Shown: piece by piece, positions 43,462 to 53,641 of the stretch
Layout of the letters: each line of letters begins with the position of its first letter
Numbering within the stretch: the first letter of the stretch is position 1
Assembly (NCBI GenBank): GCA_030650025.1
Contig: JAUSEN010000008.1
Span: forward strand, 1,164 to 65,163
Direction of reading: 5' to 3'
DNA length: 64,000 nucleotides
Origin: Candidatus Magasanikiibacteriota bacterium
GTDB taxonomy: Bacteria; Patescibacteriota; Patescibacteriia; Magasanikbacterales; GWA2-37-8
Notes under the pieces: generated by a model
What the model saw: only the letters and a program-made list of their open reading frames with translations
The model's database searches: none
Told to the model about the DNA's origin: nothing
Translations under genes and position numbers: made by a program

Positions 43462-45246
43462 GTGACTAAAAATTGGATTTTTTCCGATCCGCCCCCGCCC
43501 GAATTTATTCAGGAATCGGCGGCCGAAAGCGTGCCCGCAATCGCGGCGCGCCTCTTGTGGACCCGTGGCTTAAAAACCAAGCCGGCGATTGACGCTTTTT
43601 TAAACCCTAATTATGAACAAGGCGTTCCAGACCCGTTTTTGTTTAAAGACATGCCCCAAGCCGTAGATTTAATTTTAACTTGCCTAAAAAATAACGCCAA
43701 AATTGTGGTCCATGGCGACTACGACGCCGATGGCGTGGATGCGGCCGCGATCCTGGTGTTAACTCTCCGAAAATTAGGCGGGCAAAATATCGAGGTTTTT
43801 ATTCCCCACCGCGAAACTGATGGTTACGGCCTCAACGAAAAAACTATAAAATATTTGCATGAGCGCGGCGCCAAATTAATCATCACCTGCGACTGTGGCA
43901 TTAGTAATACCAAAGAAATAGCGCTTGCTAGAAAACTGGGCATCAAAACAATTGTCACCGACCACCATGCCATGCCGCCGAAGCTACCGGAGGCCGACGC
44001 CATACTCCATCCGCTTATCCCGGGCGAAACTTACCCCGACAAAACTCTTTCCGGCGGTGGCGTGGCTTTTAAATTGGCACAGGCGCTCTTAAAAAATAAT
44101 GCTTTGACTAACCAGACTCTGCCCGATGGCGCCGCTCATGAAGCTTTTGCCAAATGGCTCTTGGATTTGGTGGCCATTTCGAGCGTCGCTGATATGGTCC
44201 CTCTGCTTGGCGAAACCAGAGTACTGGTAAAATATGGCCTCATGGTTTTAAATAAAACCAGAAATTTAGGCCTGCGCGCGCTCATTGATATTTCTCGTCT
44301 CAACGGCGAAGATGGCAAGCTGAAAAAAAACATTACTACCGAGACCATCAGCTTTCAACTTGCTCCTCGCATCAACGCGGCCGGCCGCATGGATCATGCC
44401 AACGTCGCCTTTGCTTTACTGATTGCCGAAACCGAGGCCGAGGCAAAGGAGCTGGCCGCGCAGCTGCAACAAAATAATCTTGACCGGCAAAAATTAACCG
44501 AAAAATTAACACTCGCCGCGCGCTATCAAGTAGTAGCCACCCAGCAAGAAAATAATCCTCTAATCTTTGTTTTGGGAGAGGGGTGGCCAACCGGAATTTT
44601 GGGTTTGATCGCGGGGCGCGTGCGTGAAGAATTCGGTCGACCGGCTATTGTCATGGGTCAAAATGCCGCCGGCGAAATTACTGGCTCGGGGCGCTCCCAT
44701 CCCGCCTTTAACATGATTGAAGCGATCAAAACCATTCCTGAATGTTTTAATAAATTTGGCGGCCACCCCCAAGCGTGCGGGTTTTCTTTAAAAAACGGAG
44801 AGACTCTTGAAGATTTTAAATCTAAACTGTTGCCCCTCGCCGCCGCCGCTCTTAAAAATACGGATCTCGAACCGGAAGTTAAAGTTGACGCTGTCATTGA
44901 CCTCGATGATATCACCTGGCCGCTTTACGAAACCCTGCAAAAATTCGCGCCTTTTGGCGTCTCAAACCCCGAACCTATTTACGCCGCCCAAAATTTAACT
45001 TTAGTCGCCATGAATCCGGTCGGTAACGATGGCAAACATTTGCGCCTGTTAGTTAAACACAACTCTCACTTGATTAAAAAAACCATTGCCTTTGGTTTTG
45101 GCAATGCCGAACGCCATCCGGCCGACTGGAAACAAAATTTAAAGCCGGGCGACAAAATCGACTTGGCTTTTACCATTGATGTTAACGAATGGAACGGCCG
45201 GCGCGAGCTCCAGCTGGCAGTAAAAGATATCCGGCGCTCTCTTTAA
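43462..45246 (+). CDS. recJ: Single-stranded-DNA-specific exonuclease RecJ
   Basis: DHH motifs: VVHGDYDADGVDAAAIL, ...IITCDCGISN..., TDHHAMP. DHHA1 ...GGHPQACGFSL.... C-terminal OB-like domain. Confidence 0.9.
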   Translation: MTKNWIFSDPPPPEFIQESAAESVPAIAARLLWTRGLKTKPAIDAFLNPNYEQGVPDPFLFKDMPQAVDLILTCLKNNAKIVVHGDYDADGVDAAAILVLTLRKLGGQNIEVFIPHRETDGYGLNEKTIKYLHERGAKLIITCDCGISNTKEIALARKLGIKTIVTDHHAMPPKLPEADAILHPLIPGETYPDKTLSGGGVAFKLAQALLKNNALTNQTLPDGAAHEAFAKWLLDLVAISSVADMVPLLGETRVLVKYGLMVLNKTRNLGLRALIDISRLNGEDGKLKKNITTETISFQLAPRINAAGRMDHANVAFALLIAETEAEAKELAAQLQQNNLDRQKLTEKLTLAARYQVVATQQENNPLIFVLGEGWPTGILGLIAGRVREEFGRPAIVMGQNAAGEITGSGRSHPAFNMIEAIKTIPECFNKFGGHPQACGFSLKNGETLEDFKSKLLPLAAAALKNTDLEPEVKVDAVIDLDDITWPLYETLQKFAPFGVSNPEPIYAAQNLTLVAMNPVGNDGKHLRLLVKHNSHLIKKTIAFGFGNAERHPADWKQNLKPGDKIDLAFTIDVNEWNGRRELQLAVKDIRRSL

Positions 45247-45256
45247 AATTAAAAAA

Positions 45257-45568
45257 TTATTTTTTCTCTAAATCTTTTTTAATCTCGTGCCACTTCTTTT
45301 TAAGTTGGCGCGTCAGTTGCACTTTCATCTCTTCGGCCATTTGGCGCTTCAACGCGTATTCCTCTACCGCCCGCTCGACCAAGGCTTCGTACATTTCGCG
45401 GGTCGGCCCCTCGAGCTGTTTTAAGCTGGCCTTGAGCTCCTCAAACAGCGGATTTAAATGCTCCGCGAGTTTAGCGCGGAATTCTTTACCCCTAGGAGTC
45501 GCGTTCAGCCACGTCAATGCCGCCCCCATTAATCCTCCTAAAATTAGCCCCTTACGAAATCTACCCAT
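45257..45568 (-). CDS. YtxH-like (DUF948) small membrane-associated protein
   Basis: GLILGGLMGAALTWLNATPRGKEFR matches the YtxH GxxxGxxxG...AP.sG.E.R pattern. Confidence 0.6.
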   Translation of the reverse strand: MGRFRKGLILGGLMGAALTWLNATPRGKEFRAKLAEHLNPLFEELKASLKQLEGPTREMYEALVERAVEEYALKRQMAEEMKVQLTRQLKKKWHEIKKDLEKK

Positions 45569-45574
45569 ATAATT

Positions 45575-46213
45575 TTATGTTTTTTTATTAGTTAACTCGT
45601 CAAAAATTTCTTGATAAATCAGCATCAGTTTTACCCCTAAGCGCTCTTCGGGTTTCAGCCGGTAGCCGTTAACCTCCGAGAAATCCCCACCCGCAAATTC
45701 CGGGCCATAATCCATGGGTATATACAACTTAGCCATTCTTTTCAGGCTTTTAGGGACTTCTTCCGGAGAAATTGTGGTTACCAAATCAGCCACTCTAAAC
45801 AATTTTGGCAATACTAAACTATTATACCACCGAACCAAGTAACTGAACAGGTCGGTGACTGGTATTAAATGATAAAAACTCACCACCAAAACAATGTTCG
45901 GATTATTAGCCTTCCACTTTAAAATTTTCTGAATACCGCCAAAAAAGGGGCAGTGCACATGCACTACCTGAAAACCACTAAGCCCAAAGAGGACATCGCT
46001 AAAGCTCATTTTGCCGCTGAATTTACGACTAATAAAGCGCTGTGTACCCTCCCCGGCGCCGTCTAAAGCCGCCACCGACACCCGGCCAAACTGCAACGTA
46101 AAAGCTTCCACCTCCATACCCAAATTACTTTGCGCCTCCACTAACGCGAACGCTTCGCCTTTAATGTCTTCAAAATATTCAAACGAGGCCGGGATTAGGT
46201 GCGCGATTTTCAT
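45575..46213 (-). CDS. Stand-alone GT-B N-terminal-domain-like protein (glycosyltransferase half)
   Basis: MKIAHLIPASFEYF... resembles a GT4 N-terminus. Only 212 aa with no C-terminal nucleotide-sugar domain. Confidence 0.35.
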   Translation of the reverse strand: MKIAHLIPASFEYFEDIKGEAFALVEAQSNLGMEVEAFTLQFGRVSVAALDGAGEGTQRFISRKFSGKMSFSDVLFGLSGFQVVHVHCPFFGGIQKILKWKANNPNIVLVVSFYHLIPVTDLFSYLVRWYNSLVLPKLFRVADLVTTISPEEVPKSLKRMAKLYIPMDYGPEFAGGDFSEVNGYRLKPEERLGVKLMLIYQEIFDELTNKKT

Positions 46214-46216
46214 AAA

Positions 46217-47029
46217 TTATTTTTTAGCAAAAACGTGAACATTGGGTGACGCCACCCGCGTCAGTAAAACCGATTCGCTGTAAACCAAGCTGTTAACAAA
46301 ATCTTTAAACAGCCGCGCCAGGCCGCTAGTATTCTGGCGGGCAAAATATTGTTCGTTATTAATCTGCGATCCGTTCGTTTGGCTTTTAGCTTGCCGCGCC
46401 ATTAAATAAAAAGCCACTACCCCTAATATTTGCCCCAAAATATGCTCGCTGTAACGGCAATTAATATTTTTAAAACCGGCTTTAATCAATAAATTTTGGA
46501 GCGCGCCCCGCGAAAAATACTGAATATGCCCGGCGAACCGCTTGGTCAAATCTTTTTTTAAACCCACCCTATCGAGAATATGCCAGAGCGACAGCCCATC
46601 TCCTTCGCACGGCACAAAACCGTAAAACCTTCCGCCCGGCTTTAATACCCGGTTCGCTCTTAACAAAAAATCCGCGGGGTCAGGCACATGCTCCAACACA
46701 TCAAATATTACCACGGCCTCAAAATAATTATCGCTAAATCCTAAGTCCGTGGCCGTTGAGACCGCGTAAGTAACACCATCAGCAAATTTTGTAGCTTCCC
46801 GAATCGCCTCTTGGCTGATATCAATGCCAAAACAAAGTAAATCCGGGCGCGCTTTTTTAAGGCCACGAATAAACTGGCCCGCCCCGCTCCCAACTTCTAA
46901 AACTTTAGCCCCCGCGGGCAGATTTTTAAGAGCGTGAAGCGCTTGGCGCAACCGGAAGGCCGCCGGGTCCGAGAGTTTTAAGGTCGCGGTCCGCGCCCCC
47001 CAAATGGATTGTTCGTAGTCAAATGACAT
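46217..47029 (-). CDS. Class I SAM-dependent methyltransferase
   Basis: Motif I VLEVGSGAGQF; ...GIDISQEAI...; Methyltransf_11-like ...VIFDVLEHVPDP...LKPGG.... Start set at the ATG at 47029. Confidence 0.7.
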   Translation of the reverse strand: MSFDYEQSIWGARTATLKLSDPAAFRLRQALHALKNLPAGAKVLEVGSGAGQFIRGLKKARPDLLCFGIDISQEAIREATKFADGVTYAVSTATDLGFSDNYFEAVVIFDVLEHVPDPADFLLRANRVLKPGGRFYGFVPCEGDGLSLWHILDRVGLKKDLTKRFAGHIQYFSRGALQNLLIKAGFKNINCRYSEHILGQILGVVAFYLMARQAKSQTNGSQINNEQYFARQNTSGLARLFKDFVNSLVYSESVLLTRVASPNVHVFAKK

Positions 47030-48134
47030 GTTGGCTGAAATAAGCGTTTTCCAATAAATCAACGTGCGCCGCGAGCGAAAATTTGTTTTGAACCGCTGGG
47101 CTAACTTTACTGCCCAGGTTTTTCCGCTCCTCCTCGCTCATGCTAAAAATCAGGCATAATTTTGCAATTAAATCCGTGGCACTACCGGCTAAAAACTTAA
47201 ATATGCCATCGTCTTCACTGGCCTGATTGCCTTCAGAATGGCTTTTAATTACCAATGTTCCGGACGCCATCGCCTCGGCCGCCACCAAAGAAAAAGATTC
47301 ACTGTCGCTTGGCACCACCACGCAGTCCGCCGCCCGATAAAATCGCGACAACTCCGCTCTCGCCATACTGCCAAAAAAATTAATTTTATCACCTATCTTC
47401 AAATCTTCCGCCATTTTTCTAAATTTTTTTTCGCTATAACCACCACCCACTACCGCTAAACGCCAATCGCTATCGCCCTCGGCAAGAGCTCGAAGTAATA
47501 AATCCAGCCTTTTTACCGGCATCAAATTCCCTACAAATAAAATAACCTTCCCTTCTCCGAGCGCTAAATTACCTAAAATTGCTCGGTCTCTTGTTCCCAA
47601 TGTAAATATATTGCTATCGACCGGGTTCGGCAACTCGCTAATTTTATCAGCTCGTAAATTTTTTAAATATGCGCTACGCGCAAAATAAGTTTTGCTGACT
47701 AAAAATACTTGATTGGCATTTCTTAAAATTGTTCCTAAAAAAAATTCGTCACTGATTTTTTTATAAATTTGCCGCATTCCCGTCATCTGGCCTTCCATGT
47801 GCAAAGTTACCACCAAGGGCACTCTGGCTTGGCGTGCCGCCCGCGCCGCTAACCAAGCCGAACCATACCACGGCAAATGCAGATGAACGATATCAAAATC
47901 CTTAAAGCGATCGCCAAACCTGACCACGCCCCCGTCGCCACGGCGCAAGATTGGCTTTAAGCGCTCTACCATAAAACCATCTACCGCCTCGCTCCCCGTT
48001 TCACTGCCATAGCGCATGGTAAAAACACTAACACTGTGGCCGCGTAAAACGAGCGCCTTAGACTCGTCATAAACCACCACTCCCATACCGCCTAGCCGGG
48101 GATAAAAAGTGCTAACCACGTGAGCAATACGCAT
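47019..48134 (-). CDS. Glycosyltransferase family 4
   Basis: MRIAHVVSTFYPRLGGMG... N-terminus. C-terminal EX7E-type region ...VVPSDSESFSLVAAEAMASGTLVI.... Confidence 0.8.
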   Translation of the reverse strand: MRIAHVVSTFYPRLGGMGVVVYDESKALVLRGHSVSVFTMRYGSETGSEAVDGFMVERLKPILRRGDGGVVRFGDRFKDFDIVHLHLPWYGSAWLAARAARQARVPLVVTLHMEGQMTGMRQIYKKISDEFFLGTILRNANQVFLVSKTYFARSAYLKNLRADKISELPNPVDSNIFTLGTRDRAILGNLALGEGKVILFVGNLMPVKRLDLLLRALAEGDSDWRLAVVGGGYSEKKFRKMAEDLKIGDKINFFGSMARAELSRFYRAADCVVVPSDSESFSLVAAEAMASGTLVIKSHSEGNQASEDDGIFKFLAGSATDLIAKLCLIFSMSEEERKNLGSKVSPAVQNKFSLAAHVDLLENAYFSQHVI

Positions 48135-48136
48135 AC

Positions 48137-48469
48137 CTATTTTTTTTCCGCGTTCTTTAAGGCTAATTCTCGAGTCAATTCGGTAACTTCTTTCTTTAAA
48201 CGCTCGACCGCCACGAGCAATCGGAAAACCATAAAAAATAATACGGCCAGCGCCAAATACATTACCGCGTCCGCCCCGCGCGCTACTCCCAAAATTCTAG
48301 CCAAATAAAACGTGCCATTAGGGTTTACCACCACCCACGCCCCCGCGGCCCAAAAAATCAGCCAAAGCGCCACCATGCCAAAAGTAATATCGCGGCTTTG
48401 GTAGCGTTGCCAGGCTTTAAAGGCCGCCCCAGCGAAAAAAATCATTAAAATAATCTGGATAGTGTTCAT
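48137..48469 (-). CDS. DUF2304-family small membrane protein
   Basis: Two TM helices plus a C-terminal coiled coil (RLKKEVTELTRELALKNAEKK). Typical partner of a GT2 Dpm-like gene and overlaps it by 4 nt. Confidence 0.55.
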   Translation of the reverse strand: MNTIQIILMIFFAGAAFKAWQRYQSRDITFGMVALWLIFWAAGAWVVVNPNGTFYLARILGVARGADAVMYLALAVLFFMVFRLLVAVERLKKEVTELTRELALKNAEKK

Positions 48470-49122
48470 ACAAACAAAGATTTAACTAAATCAACCACGA
48501 CTCTAAACCCGCTAATCATTCCTTGGCCATATTCGTGATAATAAACCGTTACCGGCACTTCGGCGAATTTTAAATTGTTCCGCTTTAAACTCCCCACAAT
48601 CTCACTGTTATGCGCCATGCGCGGCTGTTCAATTCTAATTTTTTGTAAAGCCGCGGCTCCAAAAATTCTAAAACCATTTTGCCCGTCTGTCAACTTAACT
48701 CCTGCGAATAAAAAATTAATTAGCCTAGCTAACGGCAAAATTAATAAACGTTTAGAAACTGGCAGGCGATTAGCGCGCATAAAACGCGATCCTAAAACCG
48801 CGTCTAAATTCCCGACTTTTAAAAACTCTAGAGCCGGAGCAATATCCCCTGCGTCGTGCTGGTTGTCCGCGTCAAAATGAACTACCGTGTCAAATCCTTG
48901 GCGGCGCGCGTACTCATTGCCAGTTTCTAAGGCCGCTCCTTGGCCGCGGTTAAGCGCGTGGCGCAAAACCACCGCCCCCTCGCTGGCCGCAATTTCCCCG
49001 GTTACGTCCCCTGACCCATCGTCTACCACTACCACGTCTTTAAATCCGTGTTCAAAAAGGTCGCGGAGCACGCGACCAATCTTCTTGGCTTCATTATAAG
49101 CCGGAATTATAATCAGCGCCAT
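48466..49122 (-). CDS. Glycosyltransferase family 2 (dolichol/polyprenol-phosphate hexosyltransferase-like)
   Basis: ...ALIIIPAYNEAKKIGRVL...VVVVDDGSGD...HFDADNQHD... carries the DxD and GT2 motifs. Start set at the ATG at ~49122. Confidence 0.8.
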   Translation of the reverse strand: MALIIIPAYNEAKKIGRVLRDLFEHGFKDVVVVDDGSGDVTGEIAASEGAVVLRHALNRGQGAALETGNEYARRQGFDTVVHFDADNQHDAGDIAPALEFLKVGNLDAVLGSRFMRANRLPVSKRLLILPLARLINFLFAGVKLTDGQNGFRIFGAAALQKIRIEQPRMAHNSEIVGSLKRNNLKFAEVPVTVYYHEYGQGMISGFRVVVDLVKSLFV

Positions 49123-49141
49123 ACACATCGCGATAGGCCAT

Positions 49142-50173
49142 TTACACTCTCTGTCCTTCGTCGCTAAACAAAAAAGCTTCTTTGTTGGCAATTACAAAAT
49201 CTACAGTTTTGCGGAGGCCATCTTCGAGCCGGACCAACGGGAACCACCCCAAGGTTTCTTTGGCATAATGCACGTTCGGCGTGCCTTTGCTGGTTAAAAA
49301 CAACAGTGGTTTATCTAACACCACTCGCGAAGTGGAATTAGTCAAATTAATAATCATGGCGGCAACATCAGTGTATTTGATCGCTTCTTCGCCGCCTAAA
49401 TTCACAACTTTAACGCTCTCTTCCGCGTCCATGAGGCGCACTAAGCCGTCTACCATGTCTGACACAAAGCAAAGCGAAGTGGAAAAATTCTTATCGCCGT
49501 GAATAACTAAATCTTTATTCTCTAAAGCGTTGATAATAAAATCCGGTATGAGCTGATTTTCAAACAAACGCAAACGCGGCCCATACGTGGTAAACACCCG
49601 GGCAATTTTGGCGTCGAACCCATTTTTCTCCGCGTAAGTGGAAACGCAGGTTTCCGCGAACCGCTTGCCTTCGTCATAGCAAGCCCTCGGCGAGAGCTGG
49701 TTAACTGTGCCCTGCGAATCTTCGGACAAAGCCGACCGCTTCTGAATATCATCGCCATAAACCACCGCGCTCGAGGTAAAGAGATATTTGGCGCGGTGCT
49801 TAGCCGCGAGCTCCAAAGTATTGATCACGCCCAAAGAATTCGCCTTGAGAGTGTCTATTTTAATGGCTTCAAAATTTTTGGGGCTGGTTGGGCACGCCAA
49901 ATGATAAATTTCTTGGATACCCTGAAATTTAATTTTAAACTTGTCGAGGCCTTCGTGTTCTTCCAAATTAAGCGGTTTGGTAATGTCGTAATTAATAAAT
50001 TCGAAATCCGGATACTGCAATAAATGGTTAATATTTTGGGTGTTGGAATTGGAAAAATTGTCAACGCAAATCACCTTGGCTTCGCGCAAGAGCCGTTCGC
50101 ATAAATGCGAGCCAATAAAGCCGGCTCCGCCCGTTACTAAAACATTTTTTTTCTCAAATATGGGGGTATCCAT
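49142..50173 (-). CDS. NAD-dependent sugar-nucleotide epimerase/dehydratase, UDP-glucuronate decarboxylase-like (SDR)
   Basis: VLVTGGAGFIGSHLCERLL; ...YHLACPTSP...; YDEGKR (catalytic YxxxK). Confidence 0.8.
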   Translation of the reverse strand: MDTPIFEKKNVLVTGGAGFIGSHLCERLLREAKVICVDNFSNSNTQNINHLLQYPDFEFINYDITKPLNLEEHEGLDKFKIKFQGIQEIYHLACPTSPKNFEAIKIDTLKANSLGVINTLELAAKHRAKYLFTSSAVVYGDDIQKRSALSEDSQGTVNQLSPRACYDEGKRFAETCVSTYAEKNGFDAKIARVFTTYGPRLRLFENQLIPDFIINALENKDLVIHGDKNFSTSLCFVSDMVDGLVRLMDAEESVKVVNLGGEEAIKYTDVAAMIINLTNSTSRVVLDKPLLFLTSKGTPNVHYAKETLGWFPLVRLEDGLRKTVDFVIANKEAFLFSDEGQRV

Positions 50174-50226
50174 AGGTAATATTAGCGTTTAAATTATATC
50201 ATGCCAGCTAAAAAAACGCAAAAAAA

Positions 50227-52161
50227 CTATTTAACCGCTAAATTCGCTAGATTTAGGGTTGTAACAAAACTGCCATCGGGCTTGACCACGCCAAATTTCC
50301 CGCCACCCGGATGCCAACGCAGTAAGAGAGGCCGCCCGCTGTCCTGGTCGCTACCAAGCAAAATTTTCCAAGCCGGTAGCTTGGCCGCGCCTTTAACAGT
50401 AGCCACAACTTCTTGCCGGTAACTTTGTGAAGGCAAATCTAGAATAAATTGCTTCAGTATTTTACCGCTTAAAACCAGAGCCGCGGCCTGGTCGCTCCCG
50501 CCGCCAAACAAATTCCCCGCTGTAAAATCTACAATTTTATCCACACTCGGGAAGCTCATGGCGCTTAGCTGTTTGCCGCTAATATCAAATTCACGAACAT
50601 TTAAAACCTTTTTGGTCAGCGTAGCCATTGCCAACGATTTGCCATTATTTAATAGCGCCCAGTCAGCCACCGAACCGGCTATCAGCATCTCTCCCTGGCG
50701 TTCGCCCGTTGCCGAAATCGTCACGAATTTAGTTTGCTTAAACCGCGGCGAATAAAACTCCACCATAAATTTTCTCTCCAAATAATCGCTCTGCCAAGCG
50801 ACTCGTCTAGGCTTAAAATCCCCTTCTTTTTCTAAATCCACCGACAATTCTTTAAGCGCGCGGCCATTGCCCCAAAATAAATTTAAATAGTAATAAGAAC
50901 CGCGCCGGAGGAGAGCCACCCCTTCCTCCTGGCGCTTCACCGCCGCTGATTTCACGGCCCAATCTACCAGCGTCGCGCCCGCGAAACTTTTTACCAAAAA
51001 TTTTTCCTCGCTCAAAATGTCGTAACGCCACAGTTGATTTTTACCCGCGTAAAATATGGAACTAAAAGGCAGGATCTCGCCGCCGCTATTTTTGGCCTGC
51101 TTCACAGCCGCTCCCATGTTAAGGCGGCCCGCTAGTTCCGCCTCCCCCTTAGGCGCCAAGAACACTGTCTTTTCCGCCGTATTGACCAAAACATCCGCGA
51201 TTTGCTCTGGTGTCCACGCCGGGCGCAGGGATTTAACCAGCGCGGCCGCTCCCGCCACAATCGGCGTCGCGAACGAAGTCCCATTCCAGGGTCCGCCAAA
51301 TTCTTCGGAAAAACCCTTGGCTAAGTCATACCATTCGGTGCTGTAAATATTCTCGCCCGGCGCGTAAATATCAACACACGATCCAAAATTACTAAAAACG
51401 CTAACGTTATTTTTTTGATCCACCGAACCCACTCCTAAAACTAAATTCTTAATCGTCGGCGTTTTAAAACAAGCCGGGTATAATGGCTTGGCATCAAGGT
51501 TCCCCTCGCTCCTGGGGTCATGATTGCCCGCGGCCGCCACAATTAATACTCCGGCTTGATTAGCGCGAATTAAGGCGCTATATAACTCGGTGCTAAAATT
51601 CTCGCCCACAAAACTCATGCTGATAATATCCGCGCCATTTTGAACGGCGTAATCAACCGCTTGCGCCACCTTGAAAGACGAACCATACCCATAACTATCA
51701 ATAGTGCGCAGGAGCATCATCTTGACTCGCCAGGCCGCCCCTACCCCGTCTCTATTATTATCACCAACTGCCCCGGCGAGGCCGGCTCCGATGGCCGCGT
51801 GGCGAACCGCGTCCGGATCCAGGTCACCATTTCCTAGTTCCCGGGGGTTATTATTATTCTCCACGAAATTCCATCCATGCACATCATCTACATAGCCATT
51901 ATTATCATCATCAATCTCATTAAACGGAGTTTCATAAGGATTCACCCAAATATTAGTGGCTAAATCCGGATGCAAATAATCGCTCCCGGTGTCAATAATC
52001 GCGAGCACCACGGCTCCATTGCCAATCGTTTCGTCCCAAGCGGCCGGCGCCTGTACTTGCTCCCAAAAAGCGGCCTGGCGAGCATATTCCGGATCATTCG
52101 GCAAACGCGCGCTTACCGCTAATGGACTCAAAAATAAAATCACGGTCGTGAGAGCGACCAT
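50227..52161 (-). CDS. Secreted subtilisin-like S8 serine peptidase with a C-terminal extension domain
   Basis: Signal peptide MVALTTVILFLSPLAVSA. Asp motif LAIIDTGSD; His region RHAAIGAGLAG; Ser motif GTSFATPIVAGAAALV. Start set at the ATG at 52161. Confidence 0.8.
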   Translation of the reverse strand: MVALTTVILFLSPLAVSARLPNDPEYARQAAFWEQVQAPAAWDETIGNGAVVLAIIDTGSDYLHPDLATNIWVNPYETPFNEIDDDNNGYVDDVHGWNFVENNNNPRELGNGDLDPDAVRHAAIGAGLAGAVGDNNRDGVGAAWRVKMMLLRTIDSYGYGSSFKVAQAVDYAVQNGADIISMSFVGENFSTELYSALIRANQAGVLIVAAAGNHDPRSEGNLDAKPLYPACFKTPTIKNLVLGVGSVDQKNNVSVFSNFGSCVDIYAPGENIYSTEWYDLAKGFSEEFGGPWNGTSFATPIVAGAAALVKSLRPAWTPEQIADVLVNTAEKTVFLAPKGEAELAGRLNMGAAVKQAKNSGGEILPFSSIFYAGKNQLWRYDILSEEKFLVKSFAGATLVDWAVKSAAVKRQEEGVALLRRGSYYYLNLFWGNGRALKELSVDLEKEGDFKPRRVAWQSDYLERKFMVEFYSPRFKQTKFVTISATGERQGEMLIAGSVADWALLNNGKSLAMATLTKKVLNVREFDISGKQLSAMSFPSVDKIVDFTAGNLFGGGSDQAAALVLSGKILKQFILDLPSQSYRQEVVATVKGAAKLPAWKILLGSDQDSGRPLLLRWHPGGGKFGVVKPDGSFVTTLNLANLAVK

Positions 52162-52250
52162 TGATTTTTTTAAGAATTTAGCGTATAGTAAAAACATAAG
52201 CTACTTAAACTCGTAAGTAGTATATCTTATTTTATAATTTTTTACTACGC

Positions 52251-53639
52251 ATGATGATGCGTTTTAAACAACTCACGCTTCTGTGCGGTGACTTCTTGGC
52301 GCTTTGGGCCGGCCTGTACCTAGCCGCCGCCACCCGGGAGTTCAACCTCACGCCGAATAACTGGCTCGCCTTGAGCGAGTCATTTTTGCCTTTATTCGGA
52401 TTGGCGGTGGTAATTCTGTTTATTATCGGCCTCTACGACGTGGGGCGCGCCAAAAATAGCTGGGGTTTTTTTGAGAGCATATCCCTCACCGCCGCAATCT
52501 GGCTATTGCTCGGCGTTATCTTTTTTTACATAAACCCCAACGCCACCCTCGCCCCCAAAACTATTCTGGCGCTCGGTACAATATTTTGTTTTGGCCTCAT
52601 CGCGCTCTGGCGCTATATTTACAATCGTTTTTTATCGGCTTCTATCTTACGCACTCGGGTTTTATTCATCGGACTGACTCCCGAAGTCAGCGAGCTGGTT
52701 GCTCTCTTTCAAAGAGAACCGGCCCGCGGCTTTGTAGTCTTGGGCTGTATCGCCGCCAACCTGCAAACTACCGGCTTGCCGGGCGCCGCTAATCTTAATG
52801 TCGCTACCGCCGCCACCTTAGAAGAAATTCTCAAGCTCTCTCCTCGCGTCTTTCCCGATATTATTGTCATCGCTCCAGGCGAGGACAGCGCCCTGTTGCG
52901 CCAAGAGCTTTACGCTCTCTTATTCAACCAAATCAGCGTGTTAGACTTAGCGGAATTTTACGAACGGATTTTCCGCCGCGTTCCGCCCTTTACGTTTTCC
53001 GAAAGCTGGTTTTTAACGCATCTCAACGAGCAGGCCAACAAAATATACGACCGCGCGCGCCTGCTGTTTGATTATTTAGTAGCGGCGCTCATGGCCATAA
53101 TTTTTTTAGCTACCTGGCCGCTCTTAGCTCTCTTAATAAAAATTACTTCCTCCGGGACGATTCTTTTTAAACAAATTCGCGTGGGGCGCGGCCAAACCAA
53201 TTTTACCATGTACAAATACCGCACCATGCGTTCTTTAGCGGCGGATGGCAGCGCCGAGGTTTCGGGCCCAGAATTTGCCAAAAACAATGACACCCGGGTC
53301 ACTAAATTCGGGAAATTTTTGCGCCAAACTAGGCTGGACGAACTGCCCCAATGTTTAAATATTCTGCGGGGCGAAATGGGCCTGATTGGCCCCAGGCCAG
53401 AGCGGCCGGAATTTGTCGAGGCTCTCAAGCGCGAGATGCCCTTTTATTCCCTCCGGCACTTAATTAAACCCGGTCTCACCGGCTGGGCGCAATTGCAACA
53501 ATCTTATTATGGGAACATTTCGGAAAATTTAAAAAAATTGGAATACGATTTATATTATATAAAAAATCGCGGGCCCTGGTTAGACCTCGCGATTATATTG
53601 CGGACGTTTAATATCTTATTTCGGATGATTGGACGCTAA
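52251..53639 (+). CDS. Polyprenyl-phosphate hexose-1-phosphate sugar transferase (WbaP/EpsL-like bacterial sugar transferase)
   Basis: C-terminal ...TILFKQIRVGRGQTNFTMYKYRTM...RLDELPQCLNILRGEMGLIGPRP...KPGLTGWAQ matches the Bac_transf domain. N-terminal TM helices. Confidence 0.85.
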   Translation: MMMRFKQLTLLCGDFLALWAGLYLAAATREFNLTPNNWLALSESFLPLFGLAVVILFIIGLYDVGRAKNSWGFFESISLTAAIWLLLGVIFFYINPNATLAPKTILALGTIFCFGLIALWRYIYNRFLSASILRTRVLFIGLTPEVSELVALFQREPARGFVVLGCIAANLQTTGLPGAANLNVATAATLEEILKLSPRVFPDIIVIAPGEDSALLRQELYALLFNQISVLDLAEFYERIFRRVPPFTFSESWFLTHLNEQANKIYDRARLLFDYLVAALMAIIFLATWPLLALLIKITSSGTILFKQIRVGRGQTNFTMYKYRTMRSLAADGSAEVSGPEFAKNNDTRVTKFGKFLRQTRLDELPQCLNILRGEMGLIGPRPERPEFVEALKREMPFYSLRHLIKPGLTGWAQLQQSYYGNISENLKKLEYDLYYIKNRGPWLDLAIILRTFNILFRMIGR

Positions 53640-53641
53640 AA

